Shown: positions 15,751-23,936 of the stretch, piece by piece
Position numbering within the stretch: position 1 is the stretch's first letter
Layout: each line of letters opens with the position of its first letter
From: a virus
Lineage: Duplodnaviria; Caudoviricetes
Direction: 5' to 3' (one strand)
Length of the DNA: 30,626 nucleotides
Virus record (IMG/VR): IMGVR_UViG_3300032303_000924
Location: 1 to 30,626 of that record
The notes under the pieces: generated by a model
The model's input: the letters and a program-made list of their open reading frames with translations, nothing else
What the model was told of the DNA's origin: nothing
The model's database searches: none
Translations under genes and position numbers: made by a program

Positions 15751-16317
15751 TCACGGGATTTGGTTTATACGAAAATTACCGCCATTCATGCGCGAGCTTA
15801 CCGTATTTCCTGAGCTAAACAAATAACTTTGAGAACCTTTTTGAATCTGAATCGGTGCACGCTGGGGCCAAGTATTACTCGAGTATTCAGGCAACGAGCT
15901 TGAATTAGCACAAAGCCAATCGACCATTAAAGCGGTATAATGCTCGGCATTTTGCTGCCAGCGCGCAAGGGAATCCTTAAAAACAACATCGCTAACGGGT
16001 TGAGAATCCTCGGAAGTTCTTTGCACCATCGTGCCATTATCAACTTTATATGTTAAAGTTGGAGCGGCTTCGACCATTGTCCACCAAAGAACAACCCTGC
16101 GGGCGTAATCCTCAACGAGTATCAGATACGGTCCCGCGAGGGTGTTGTTTAAAATATCATCTTTAATTTTTTCATATAAAGCCGTTCCAAGGTATGGGCT
16201 CAAATATTTATCCTGAGCCAAATAAATGGACGGGTAAAGTAGATTGGGATCAACGGCCCCATTTATATTAGTGTACTTTTTAATGTACACGTCAGAGATT
16301 AAAAGTATTTCAGCCAT
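15751..16317 (-). CDS. Putative head-tail adaptor/connector
   Basis: Helical 188-aa protein after the portal with I..AQD.YL...LGT.LY.KI pattern. Confidence 0.55.
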   Translation of the reverse strand: MAEILLISDVYIKKYTNINGAVDPNLLYPSIYLAQDKYLSPYLGTALYEKIKDDILNNTLAGPYLILVEDYARRVVLWWTMVEAAPTLTYKVDNGTMVQRTSEDSQPVSDVVFKDSLARWQQNAEHYTALMVDWLCANSSSLPEYSSNTWPQRAPIQIQKGSQSYLFSSGNTVSSRMNGGNFRINQIP

Positions 16318-16321
16318 TTTT

Positions 16322-18124
16322 TTATCTTCTGTAATTTATACCGTCCTTTCCGTAAACGGGGTTATCCTCTAAAAATCCGTTGTAATCCATATCGACTGGC
16401 AACAACGCCACGAGTTCGTCATTTTTCACTTTATAACCCATTTTAGCCGCCTTTGCAACTGCAATGCGCTGAGCATCGTTGGCGAGCGGGTTTATTCCTT
16501 TTGCGTTTATATAGGTTTCTTTTCTCCATAGATGGTGACAATTGCCGCCGCCTTTATAAAACCAAATATCATAAGTAGACGCGCCGTGTGGTCCCCATCC
16601 CGGGTTAACCGCTTTGCTTTCCATTGCGACAATATCCTCTTTACGATATAGCTTGTCGGCTGCGATCATTTTACGGCAAAATTCCCGTTCACTTGAGCCG
16701 CCCCCAAAATAGCGGTAACGAGTCATAAATGTTACCCCCGCGTAATTGGTTTCATCTTGATCACTTGTAGCCATAGCTTTGGCGCTGCCAGTCGATGCCA
16801 ATTCGTGCGCGGCGATTTTTATTAATTCCTCATTTTCCAAATCGTCGGTGTCATAATCGACCTCGTAACTATCAATTAAAATAAACCCCTCGGGAGAATC
16901 TTCGCCGAGTGAAATAAGTTCATCCGCCACGGCACTATCTAACGCAACGTTGAAACCCTCAGCCGAGCAACAAACCTTTTTTTTTTCAGCCTCCATTTGT
17001 GTTGGTGCTGGTGTTGGTGCGACGGTTACAGGGCCGCTATTTGTTAATGGTGTATTTGGAATTACCGTTATTTTTAATCCGGGCATCGACCAACCTAAAA
17101 CCTCTTCGAAACCTTTGGCAAGTTTTCTTTGAGCTGGCTCAATTACTTGGTTTGTAAAAATCTCCAAACCGATAGCCATTTCGTCTTTATTTGATCCAAA
17201 ACCGCTTTGTGAACGGATACCAAATAACAGAGGTGTCGTTACGCGATGGGCGACCATAATTAACGAGGTAGATTCCTCGCTTAAGAATTGATATTGCTTA
17301 TCTGCATCACTGAGCGGAAAGGTTGTAATATCAGGTTTAGGAGTATCGCGCTCGTTAAAGGTCATTATAAACTTTCCAGCGTTGCGAGCTCCTGTTAATT
17401 GGCGTTCCCAATCATTTTTGATTTGGCGCTGATCGTCAGGACTCGGCGCACCCTGAAACATCGAAACGATAAAGCTCGGCGTTAAGCCGTTCACAATATT
17501 ATTAATGTGGTAAACGCTAATCTCCTTTGCTAATTCAATCGAATTTATGGCGCTATAATAGTCGGGTCGCGGGTAATATTGGCCCGAGGTATAATTGTAA
17601 CAAAAATAAATTTGGCGAGGTTCCTCGGCCTTTTTAGCCACATTAAAAAGAGGGATAAACTCGGGACGGTTGCGTTTCTTTTTAATATACGCCCAGTCGT
17701 TTGAATGGTAAACGCCGTTTATTTCATCCTCAGAATCTACCGAAAGTCGGCACTCTTCAAATGGAATGTGGCGCAGCTTGGCCACACTCGCGCGATCAAA
17801 TGAGTAAATAACTTCGATATAATACCCGCCGTATTTTTTTAAATCGTGGGCGCATCCGTAAAACACATCGTATGTTGAAAGCCCATTTAATTGAGCCGTG
17901 TAAATTCCAGCCTCTAAAGCCTTTCCAGCCATCATATCGCCTATCGATATGCAAAGCGATCCGTGAACGGCTCCGGTTTGGGCGAGTTCTCGGAGGTATT
18001 GAGGGAATAAATTGTTTACGCCATAATTCACCCATCCCGCACGATCGGTTTTTTCAGCTGAGCTTATTACCGTGTAATCCGCGAGCTTTATACTTACGGC
18101 GTTATTAATCGATTTATCCATCAT
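16322..18124 (-). CDS. Portal protein with ~215-aa C-terminal extension
   Basis: YG..NLFPQYL, YYP.PDY, NG..PS, G..NAGK, I..AHRVT.P.LFGI, I.P.Q portal-like motifs; extension contains REFCRKM and YKGGGNCHH.W. Confidence 0.85.
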   Translation of the reverse strand: MMDKSINNAVSIKLADYTVISSAEKTDRAGWVNYGVNNLFPQYLRELAQTGAVHGSLCISIGDMMAGKALEAGIYTAQLNGLSTYDVFYGCAHDLKKYGGYYIEVIYSFDRASVAKLRHIPFEECRLSVDSEDEINGVYHSNDWAYIKKKRNRPEFIPLFNVAKKAEEPRQIYFCYNYTSGQYYPRPDYYSAINSIELAKEISVYHINNIVNGLTPSFIVSMFQGAPSPDDQRQIKNDWERQLTGARNAGKFIMTFNERDTPKPDITTFPLSDADKQYQFLSEESTSLIMVAHRVTTPLLFGIRSQSGFGSNKDEMAIGLEIFTNQVIEPAQRKLAKGFEEVLGWSMPGLKITVIPNTPLTNSGPVTVAPTPAPTQMEAEKKKVCCSAEGFNVALDSAVADELISLGEDSPEGFILIDSYEVDYDTDDLENEELIKIAAHELASTGSAKAMATSDQDETNYAGVTFMTRYRYFGGGSSEREFCRKMIAADKLYRKEDIVAMESKAVNPGWGPHGASTYDIWFYKGGGNCHHLWRKETYINAKGINPLANDAQRIAVAKAAKMGYKVKNDELVALLPVDMDYNGFLEDNPVYGKDGINYRR

Positions 18125-18503
18125 AAATTACATCGTCGTTAATTGTGATATTGGGCACGTCGTAAAATTCGGTGTTATTCGTTAAATCCGCCCAACCAAT
18201 TTTGCACAATCCAACTACCTCGGCATTAGTTGGGTTTAAATTACTTGCTGAATTTTGGCCGTAAATTTCGAAGCGATAACGCCCCGCGAGCTCAAGGCCC
18301 ACCGTAGTCATTTCGAGCGTCGTTATTCGTTGATTCTCGTTTAAAATAACGGGAACCTGAGCGAGGTAATTTCCTGCCGTCGAATTTTCCTCATGTGTTA
18401 GAATTAGCAAATAATCTGTAAACGTTTCGGCGAAATATTGGCGGCTCTCGTTAAGAGTAACCCGCATCAATTGACCAGCGAAATTGGTGTTTAAATATTG
18501 CAT
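18114..18503 (-). CDS. Putative head-completion/structural protein (likely start 18503)
   Basis: Beta-rich ORF between tail tube and portal; upstream in-frame codons fall within a terminator hairpin. Confidence 0.55.
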   Translation of the reverse strand: MQYLNTNFAGQLMRVTLNESRQYFAETFTDYLLILTHEENSTAGNYLAQVPVILNENQRITTLEMTTVGLELAGRYRFEIYGQNSASNLNPTNAEVVGLCKIGWADLTNNTEFYDVPNITINDDVIYDG

Positions 18504-18509
18504 AGTTCT

Positions 18510-18538
18510 AAAAAAAGGGGCGGGCAAATACCCACCCC
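18510..18538 (-). terminator. Intrinsic terminator after the tail tube gene
   Basis: GGGGTGGG-tatttg-CCCGCCCC followed by TTTTTTT. Confidence 0.8.
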
Positions 18539-18562
18539 ATTTTAATTTTATTAATGGAAAAC

Positions 18563-19114
18563 TTAGCCCTGAACTACGGTAATTCCCGTAAAATTATCAA
18601 AGGGCTTTACTGTATAATCCTCAAGAAAATCAGGTTGTCCCGGTTCCTGTGCATTCAAAGTAAATTGATAGCCATTCAAATCGCCTTTAGCTTTACCGGA
18701 TTGATAAGAACCAGTCGTTAGAAAAGCTCCATCGGTGCGACCAACGCAAACAATTTGATCGTCGTAAAGTTGGACGAAAACGATTAGTTTCGCCTTACTC
18801 ATATTCTCGAGTTCTTTTTTCTTTGCGTTGCTCAATTTGCCGAGAGTGATTTCGACACTTTGATCATAGTACAAAGTTCCATTTTCGAGGTTAGCAGTAG
18901 GAACAACCGTAAGGCCTCCCGTGTTGCGATTTGGTTGATATTGGAAAAGATCAACTGAGCCAGCCGAACCGGGCAATCCATCGACCAAACCAGTTGCAGG
19001 GTCAATAGTTACACCGCTAGCGAAAAAATCCCAATTCGCAATAAAGATATTTTTAACCCCGCCAACTCCCTCGTTGCACTCGAGCAGAAAACCACGCTCT
19101 AATAAACAAGCCAT
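18563..19114 (-). CDS. Putative major tail tube protein
   Basis: MAC.L..G....C...VGGVK N-terminus, ENGT.YY.Q, SG.A.GDLNGY..T....E pattern; beta-rich, 183 aa. Confidence 0.65.
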   Translation of the reverse strand: MACLLERGFLLECNEGVGGVKNIFIANWDFFASGVTIDPATGLVDGLPGSAGSVDLFQYQPNRNTGGLTVVPTANLENGTLYYDQSVEITLGKLSNAKKKELENMSKAKLIVFVQLYDDQIVCVGRTDGAFLTTGSYQSGKAKGDLNGYQFTLNAQEPGQPDFLEDYTVKPFDNFTGITVVQG

Positions 19115-19135
19115 AGTATTATTTTTTTTAAGTTT

Positions 19136-19158
19136 AAAGGGGGGCGATTAAACCCCCC
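19136..19158 (-). terminator. Hairpin/weak terminator after the capsid gene
   Basis: GGGGGG-tttaatcg-CCCCCC-TTT. Confidence 0.6.
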
Positions 19159-19169
19159 AATTTAATTTT

Positions 19170-20069
19170 TTAGAACCAAGTTCCATAAGCGGCGATTTCA
19201 TTACCAATTCCGAACTGGCAACCAGCGAAGAATTTAGCCGAGAAACGCACGTTATCCTCGGCGAATTGGCCCATATCCACAACTTGAATATTGTTCCAAT
19301 CGTTCAAAACGTTAGTACCAAACCAGAGGTTTGATTTTTGAGCCATAACGATGGTGTCGTCTGGCATACCCGGGCAAATTGCCATTTGATAACCCAAGTA
19401 TTGTTTAGGCATTTCAGGGCCACCGTATGTGTACCAACCGTTACCAACACCAGCGCTTGCGATCATGAATGCCTCCCAAACGTTGTTAGCCATATAAATA
19501 ATTGGCTTTTCAGTGGAACGCTTAACCGCAGTTGGGCAAGCCGCAACCGCCAAAGCAATTTTAGCGATTACGTTTGAGCTTGTAATGGCTACCGGAGTGG
19601 CAACAAAATTTACCCCAGATCCACCGGCTTTCATGAGAGTTAATAGACCATCATATTGGCCTGTAGTAGCATTTACACCACTCCAAAGGATTTGCTCATT
19701 TTGTGCAGCAATTCCTTCGAGCATATTAGCAATAAGAGTATCCGCCAAAGCTGGCTCGAGTTCGCCATTCTGAACGTATGATGCACCCCAATCCGCAAGG
19801 AAAGTGTTTTTACAAAGGTTGCGTTGCACTTGGAATTTCTCCAAAGTCAAAGTACGCTCGGTAATTGTTACCGTGCCCAGTGGTGTAAAGTCACAAGTTG
19901 GCGCTTCAAACGTAATTGTGTCAACGAGTTTCTTTACAATTTGCTTGTAATCGATATTCTCCTTAACGGTTACGTGTTGGAGTGATTCGTTGGCCAAGAA
20001 AGCCGCTTTAATGTAGTCACCCGCGTATTTACCCGCATAAGTGGTAGTTAGTGAAGTAGTTGTTGCCAT
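19170..20069 (-). CDS. Major capsid protein
   Basis: 299 aa after protease and scaffold; TTYAG.YAG.YI, TCDF..GTVTITER.L, ILW.G....GQYDG, KSNLWFGT motifs. Confidence 0.85.
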   Translation of the reverse strand: MATTTSLTTTYAGKYAGDYIKAAFLANESLQHVTVKENIDYKQIVKKLVDTITFEAPTCDFTPLGTVTITERTLTLEKFQVQRNLCKNTFLADWGASYVQNGELEPALADTLIANMLEGIAAQNEQILWSGVNATTGQYDGLLTLMKAGGSGVNFVATPVAITSSNVIAKIALAVAACPTAVKRSTEKPIIYMANNVWEAFMIASAGVGNGWYTYGGPEMPKQYLGYQMAICPGMPDDTIVMAQKSNLWFGTNVLNDWNNIQVVDMGQFAEDNVRFSAKFFAGCQFGIGNEIAAYGTWF

Positions 20070-20081
20070 AATGCTTTTATA

Positions 20082-20684
20082 TTATTTAATATTTTCAATA
20101 TTTTTAATGATTCTTTCGCGTAAGGTCATTTGTGAAAATGGTTTTTCGCTTGCCTCAGCGCCCAAAATGACGCGGGTTTTATTTTCTTTAACGGAAGTTG
20201 CTGCGGGTTGTTTTTTCAATGCGCTGAGCTCGGCTTTAGTAGTATTCAATTGGCTAGCAACTTTGTCCTTTTCAGTTTTAATTAAGGCCAATTCAGCTGC
20301 TAGAGTTGTGTTTTCACCCTCCAAACTTGAAACTCGCTCCGATAGCTTTTCAATTGCGGAAAGCAAATCTTGTGAGCTCATCCCTTGCGCCATATCTGGC
20401 ATTGAGATCTCCTCAACTTGGCCCATTTCGTTAACTGACAAAACCTCACCCGTTGCGAGTGAGTATAGACCCGGCATAGCTGGTACGTTAGCCCCGCTTG
20501 CATCTTTAGTATAAACGTCGACACCAATCGCCAAAGCGTCGGCGCTGGTAAATACTGAAGTGCCGTCGAGCAACTTAACCTCAGTTTCAAGTTTAACCTC
20601 TGTTTCAAGCTGAATACCGTACGCCTTAGGATCAATGGCGAATTTTTGGAAAATCGCCTTTACTGATTCTTTTAAATTTGACAT
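20082..20684 (-). CDS. Scaffolding protein (likely start 20684)
   Basis: Located between protease and MCP, with a coiled-coil C-terminal half. Confidence 0.65.
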   Translation of the reverse strand: MSNLKESVKAIFQKFAIDPKAYGIQLETEVKLETEVKLLDGTSVFTSADALAIGVDVYTKDASGANVPAMPGLYSLATGEVLSVNEMGQVEEISMPDMAQGMSSQDLLSAIEKLSERVSSLEGENTTLAAELALIKTEKDKVASQLNTTKAELSALKKQPAATSVKENKTRVILGAEASEKPFSQMTLRERIIKNIENIK

Positions 20685-20733
20685 AATTGGTGTAATATTT
20701 AGAGAAAAAACGGCGCTCGAATATTTTTCCCCC

Positions 20734-20767
20734 AAAACGAAAAGGCCCCGCTACATTTAGCGAGGCC
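20734..20767 (-). terminator. Intrinsic terminator after the protease gene
   Basis: GGCCTCGCTA-aatg-TAGCGGGGCC followed by TTTTCGTTTT. Confidence 0.8.
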
Positions 20768-20798
20768 CCCTCTCACACCCAAAACATAATTAAACACA

Positions 20799-21410
20799 CT
20801 ATACAAACGAATTAAACAAGTCGTTTTTTAAATGGTTTTTTAATAAATCTTTTAGCTCACTCAATATTTGATCTTCAACACTGAGTTTGGTCATCGAAAG
20901 ACCGAGCTCGTTAAAATGGCCCTCAATAGAAAAGCCCTTTACCGTGCCGTCCTTAACCTCGGCCCAAATTTCGGAATCGTCGACCTTTAGCCCAATAATC
21001 CATGAACCAACCGGGGCGGTTAATCCTAAATGGTAAGCCTTATCCTTTTCTCCCTCGATAATCCAACTCTCTACCACGGTGCAACCCATAACCGAATATT
21101 GGTGTTCAATTGTTGTGTTGTGTTGAAGATTCTTTTGTAAATAAAGGTGGGCGCATTTAGTAATCGTTTCATTGTCGAAAACGATATAGTAATCCTCACC
21201 TGTTGTTTGATCAACTCGCAAAATGTATTTATTCGGAATCAATGCGGGGCCGTAAAGCATACGACGCTCTGAGTCAACGCTTGATAATTTCACGGCGTTC
21301 AATGCAATGAAATTTTCCTCAATGGCTGGGAATTCAACGAGGCTAATCGCCCCAACGCCAAGTTTACCGTTTTCATCAATAACACATTTTACGATTTTCT
21401 TTTTGTCCAT
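20799..21410 (-). CDS. XkdF-like prohead maturation protease
   Basis: AISLVE.PAIEENF, GPALIPNK.I.R, T.EH, VESWI, P.GSW, W..VK.G.VKGFSIEG.F. Confidence 0.85.
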   Translation of the reverse strand: MDKKKIVKCVIDENGKLGVGAISLVEFPAIEENFIALNAVKLSSVDSERRMLYGPALIPNKYILRVDQTTGEDYYIVFDNETITKCAHLYLQKNLQHNTTIEHQYSVMGCTVVESWIIEGEKDKAYHLGLTAPVGSWIIGLKVDDSEIWAEVKDGTVKGFSIEGHFNELGLSMTKLSVEDQILSELKDLLKNHLKNDLFNSFV

Positions 21411-21417
21411 TTTCTTT

Positions 21418-21501
21418 TATATTTGTTGCGTAGTGATTCGATTTATTAGTTTCTAGTTTTTCAGTTTGGGGCCCCTTGAAACGTCGAGGGGCTTTCCTTT
21501 T
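21418..21501 (+). ncRNA. Candidate trans-acting antisense sRNA (-7 box, ~40-nt U/G-rich body, terminator)
   Basis: TATATTTG (21418-25); hairpin GCCCCTTGA-aacg-TCGAGGGGC + TTTCCTTTT has a U tract only on the + strand; body complementary to 9004-9027, 9069-9082 and 11614-11655. Confidence 0.6.
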
Positions 21502-23764
21502 ATAAACGGCTTAAATCGGTTACTTTCGCCCGAGCCTCCATGCTCGACGCAATATCCGAGGCCAAAACGTAAGCGGGCGTTACTTGTGCGGGTTGGTTTT
21601 GAAGGCCAAGCGTTGCGAGTGGATTAAATTCGGGAGCGCCGCCGGTTGTTGCCACGCCTGTATTAGCCAAATCCCCACCGCCACCGCCAGCATTGGAACC
21701 GCCACCACTTGGCGCGGGACTTTCAAAAGTGGTTTTAGAAATCTTTGCCACGTTTGCCAAACCAGCTGCAACTGCCGCTGCCGCCGCGATAAATGCACGC
21801 GGCACACTTGTAGGATCGCCCGGGATTAATTGCGAAGCATACGCCGCCGTAGCGCTTTGATATGTGTTAACGCTCGTTTGTGCAATTTGGAGGGCTTTAT
21901 TACGCTTAAATGCCGCCTTTTGAGCCTTTTCACTTTTACCCGTGAACGCCTCATTTAAACTCAAAAGAGTATTAATCGAATCTTGAGCCGTTTGGATGTG
22001 AGCGGCTTTTAATGCTTTGGCGCGATCCTCATCCTTTTTTTGTTTTTCCTCAGCAGCCGCCGTGTCGGCATCCCTGTACTTTTTATCAATTGCCGCTAAT
22101 CCGTCGTCTAATTGCTTTTGGAGATTTGTAGAGCTTTCTTTATTGGCTTTTAAAATTTCAATTTGCGCGTTTAACGAATCTCTGAGCGCAATTTTTTCGC
22201 GTTCCTGAGCGCTTAGGCCAGCTTGGAATTCGGCTTCCTGTAATGTTTCGAGCTCGTTTAAACGCTCGGTTTCGTTATCGCGTAAAACTTTATTAAGTGC
22301 ATCCTGTTTAGCTTGCTCTTTTGCGAGTTCATCTTTCGCGAATTGGTCGCGTATTTCTTGCTCTGACTTTAAACGGTCGGCCTCAATTTGCGCAAGTAAA
22401 CTCGCGTTTTTCCCCGCTTTCTCAACGAGCGCATCGTATTTTAATTGATTTTGGCGTAATTCCCTATCCTCGGCGCTAAGCGTATTTTGATAACGTTCCT
22501 CTTGCGCATCTTTGAGCGCATCCATTACCTCCTTTTCTCGCGCCTTACGCTCGGCGGCGCGTTGCTTGGCTAAATCCGCTTGGCGCTGGGCTTCGGCTTC
22601 GGCTTCTTTAGCGGCTTTCTCAGCGGCCGCAGCCGCATCATTTCGGGCCTTTTCGGCGGCATCTCCTTCGGCTTCAAGTCGCTTTAAAAAGATTTCTTGC
22701 AACTCGGCCTCGGCTTTTTTTCTATCCTCTTTTTGTTTATCGCTTTGTTCACCGCGTAACGAATTCGCTTTTTTTATTGCATCCTGTAAATCCGCGATGC
22801 GTTGATCTTCGGCTGCTTTATTAATCGCGTTAACATCGCCGCCCGTTTTTTTAGCCTCGGCAATTGCTTTACGCCTTTCATTATCGATTTGTTTTCCCCG
22901 TTCCTCAAGTGATGCAAAAGCCCCATCCACCGCGTTAACGGCCGCCACCTCAGTTAAACCAATTGCGTCAGTCACAGCAAAAATGGCTGTCTTAATTCCA
23001 TCAATTATACCGGTTAAAAAATTAAACACGGCCGCAACCGCTGGCACCGCATTTTTAATTTGCTCGAAATTATTTATAATCGTTAAAATAACTTGGCCAA
23101 GCAAAAAAAGAGGATTGGCTAAAAGAGCCTTACCAAAAGAAACGAAACCGTCTTTAACGGCGCTTATCCCGTCTTTAAGTGAACCAAGTTTAAAATTATT
23201 TACATTTTGACTCAGGCTCTTAAATTGATCGCCAACTCCTTTTAAATTGACATTGCCCAATTCCTCGCCAAGCGCTGAGGCATTACTACTGAAAGCGGCA
23301 AAGGCTGGCGCACCTTGGTTATCGACGGTTTTAGAAAGTTCTGCAATTTTTCCTTCAAGTTTTGAGGCCTCAAGTGTGAGTTTATTAATTTCCTCAGTAC
23401 CGAGGCCCTTTTGGTCTAATTGCTTTCGTATCGCTTGCAACTCCTTTTTATAGGAGCCAAGATTTTCACTTGCTGAAACGGCCTTATCGCCCGAATCTGA
23501 AATTTGCGTTTTTAGTTCATCAATGCTTTGGGTAACGACTTTCGAGGAACCTCCGAGCTCTTTATATTGCAAAGCGAGCTCAGCCCATTGAGCGCTTTTG
23601 GGGTCTAATTGCCCAAGTTGTGTTTTTAGATCGGCGAGTTGACTTATCCAACTTTTTGAAGCATCGCCCGCCGTGTTAATCTCTTGGCCGAGTTTATTAA
23701 TTGATTGAATAGCGCCCGAATCATCCGCCGTAACCGTTATAATTATGTTTGTATTGTCAGCCAT
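21500..23764 (-). CDS. Tape measure protein
   Basis: 754 aa, Ala/Glu/Lys-rich coiled coils with hydrophobic segments (ALLANPLFLL...) and a Gly-rich C-terminus. Confidence 0.8.
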   Translation of the reverse strand: MADNTNIIITVTADDSGAIQSINKLGQEINTAGDASKSWISQLADLKTQLGQLDPKSAQWAELALQYKELGGSSKVVTQSIDELKTQISDSGDKAVSASENLGSYKKELQAIRKQLDQKGLGTEEINKLTLEASKLEGKIAELSKTVDNQGAPAFAAFSSNASALGEELGNVNLKGVGDQFKSLSQNVNNFKLGSLKDGISAVKDGFVSFGKALLANPLFLLGQVILTIINNFEQIKNAVPAVAAVFNFLTGIIDGIKTAIFAVTDAIGLTEVAAVNAVDGAFASLEERGKQIDNERRKAIAEAKKTGGDVNAINKAAEDQRIADLQDAIKKANSLRGEQSDKQKEDRKKAEAELQEIFLKRLEAEGDAAEKARNDAAAAAEKAAKEAEAEAQRQADLAKQRAAERKAREKEVMDALKDAQEERYQNTLSAEDRELRQNQLKYDALVEKAGKNASLLAQIEADRLKSEQEIRDQFAKDELAKEQAKQDALNKVLRDNETERLNELETLQEAEFQAGLSAQEREKIALRDSLNAQIEILKANKESSTNLQKQLDDGLAAIDKKYRDADTAAAEEKQKKDEDRAKALKAAHIQTAQDSINTLLSLNEAFTGKSEKAQKAAFKRNKALQIAQTSVNTYQSATAAYASQLIPGDPTSVPRAFIAAAAAVAAGLANVAKISKTTFESPAPSGGGSNAGGGGGDLANTGVATTGGAPEFNPLATLGLQNQPAQVTPAYVLASDIASSMEARAKVTDLSRL

Positions 23765-23936
23765 TGCACCAATTAAAAATTAGATAAGTAATAAAGCCCC
23801 ACCAAAGTCCAAAACATCCCCATTTGAATAAACGGAAAGCCCAAAGCCTTTTACTACCCAGCGCCTTGCTAGGTAAATTTGATTTCACACCGAGTTTTAA
23901 AAGCTCGAGCGTTGGGCTAATTGTGTTTAATTTCAT
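23757..23936 (-). CDS. 59-aa protein with an aromatic C-terminal membrane segment
   Basis: MKLNTISPTLELLKLGVKSNLPSKALGSKRLWAFRLFKWGCFGLWWGFITYLIFNWCNG*; ATGA-coupled to the tail gene and overlapping the TMP start. Confidence 0.65.
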   Translation of the reverse strand: MKLNTISPTLELLKLGVKSNLPSKALGSKRLWAFRLFKWGCFGLWWGFITYLIFNWCNG

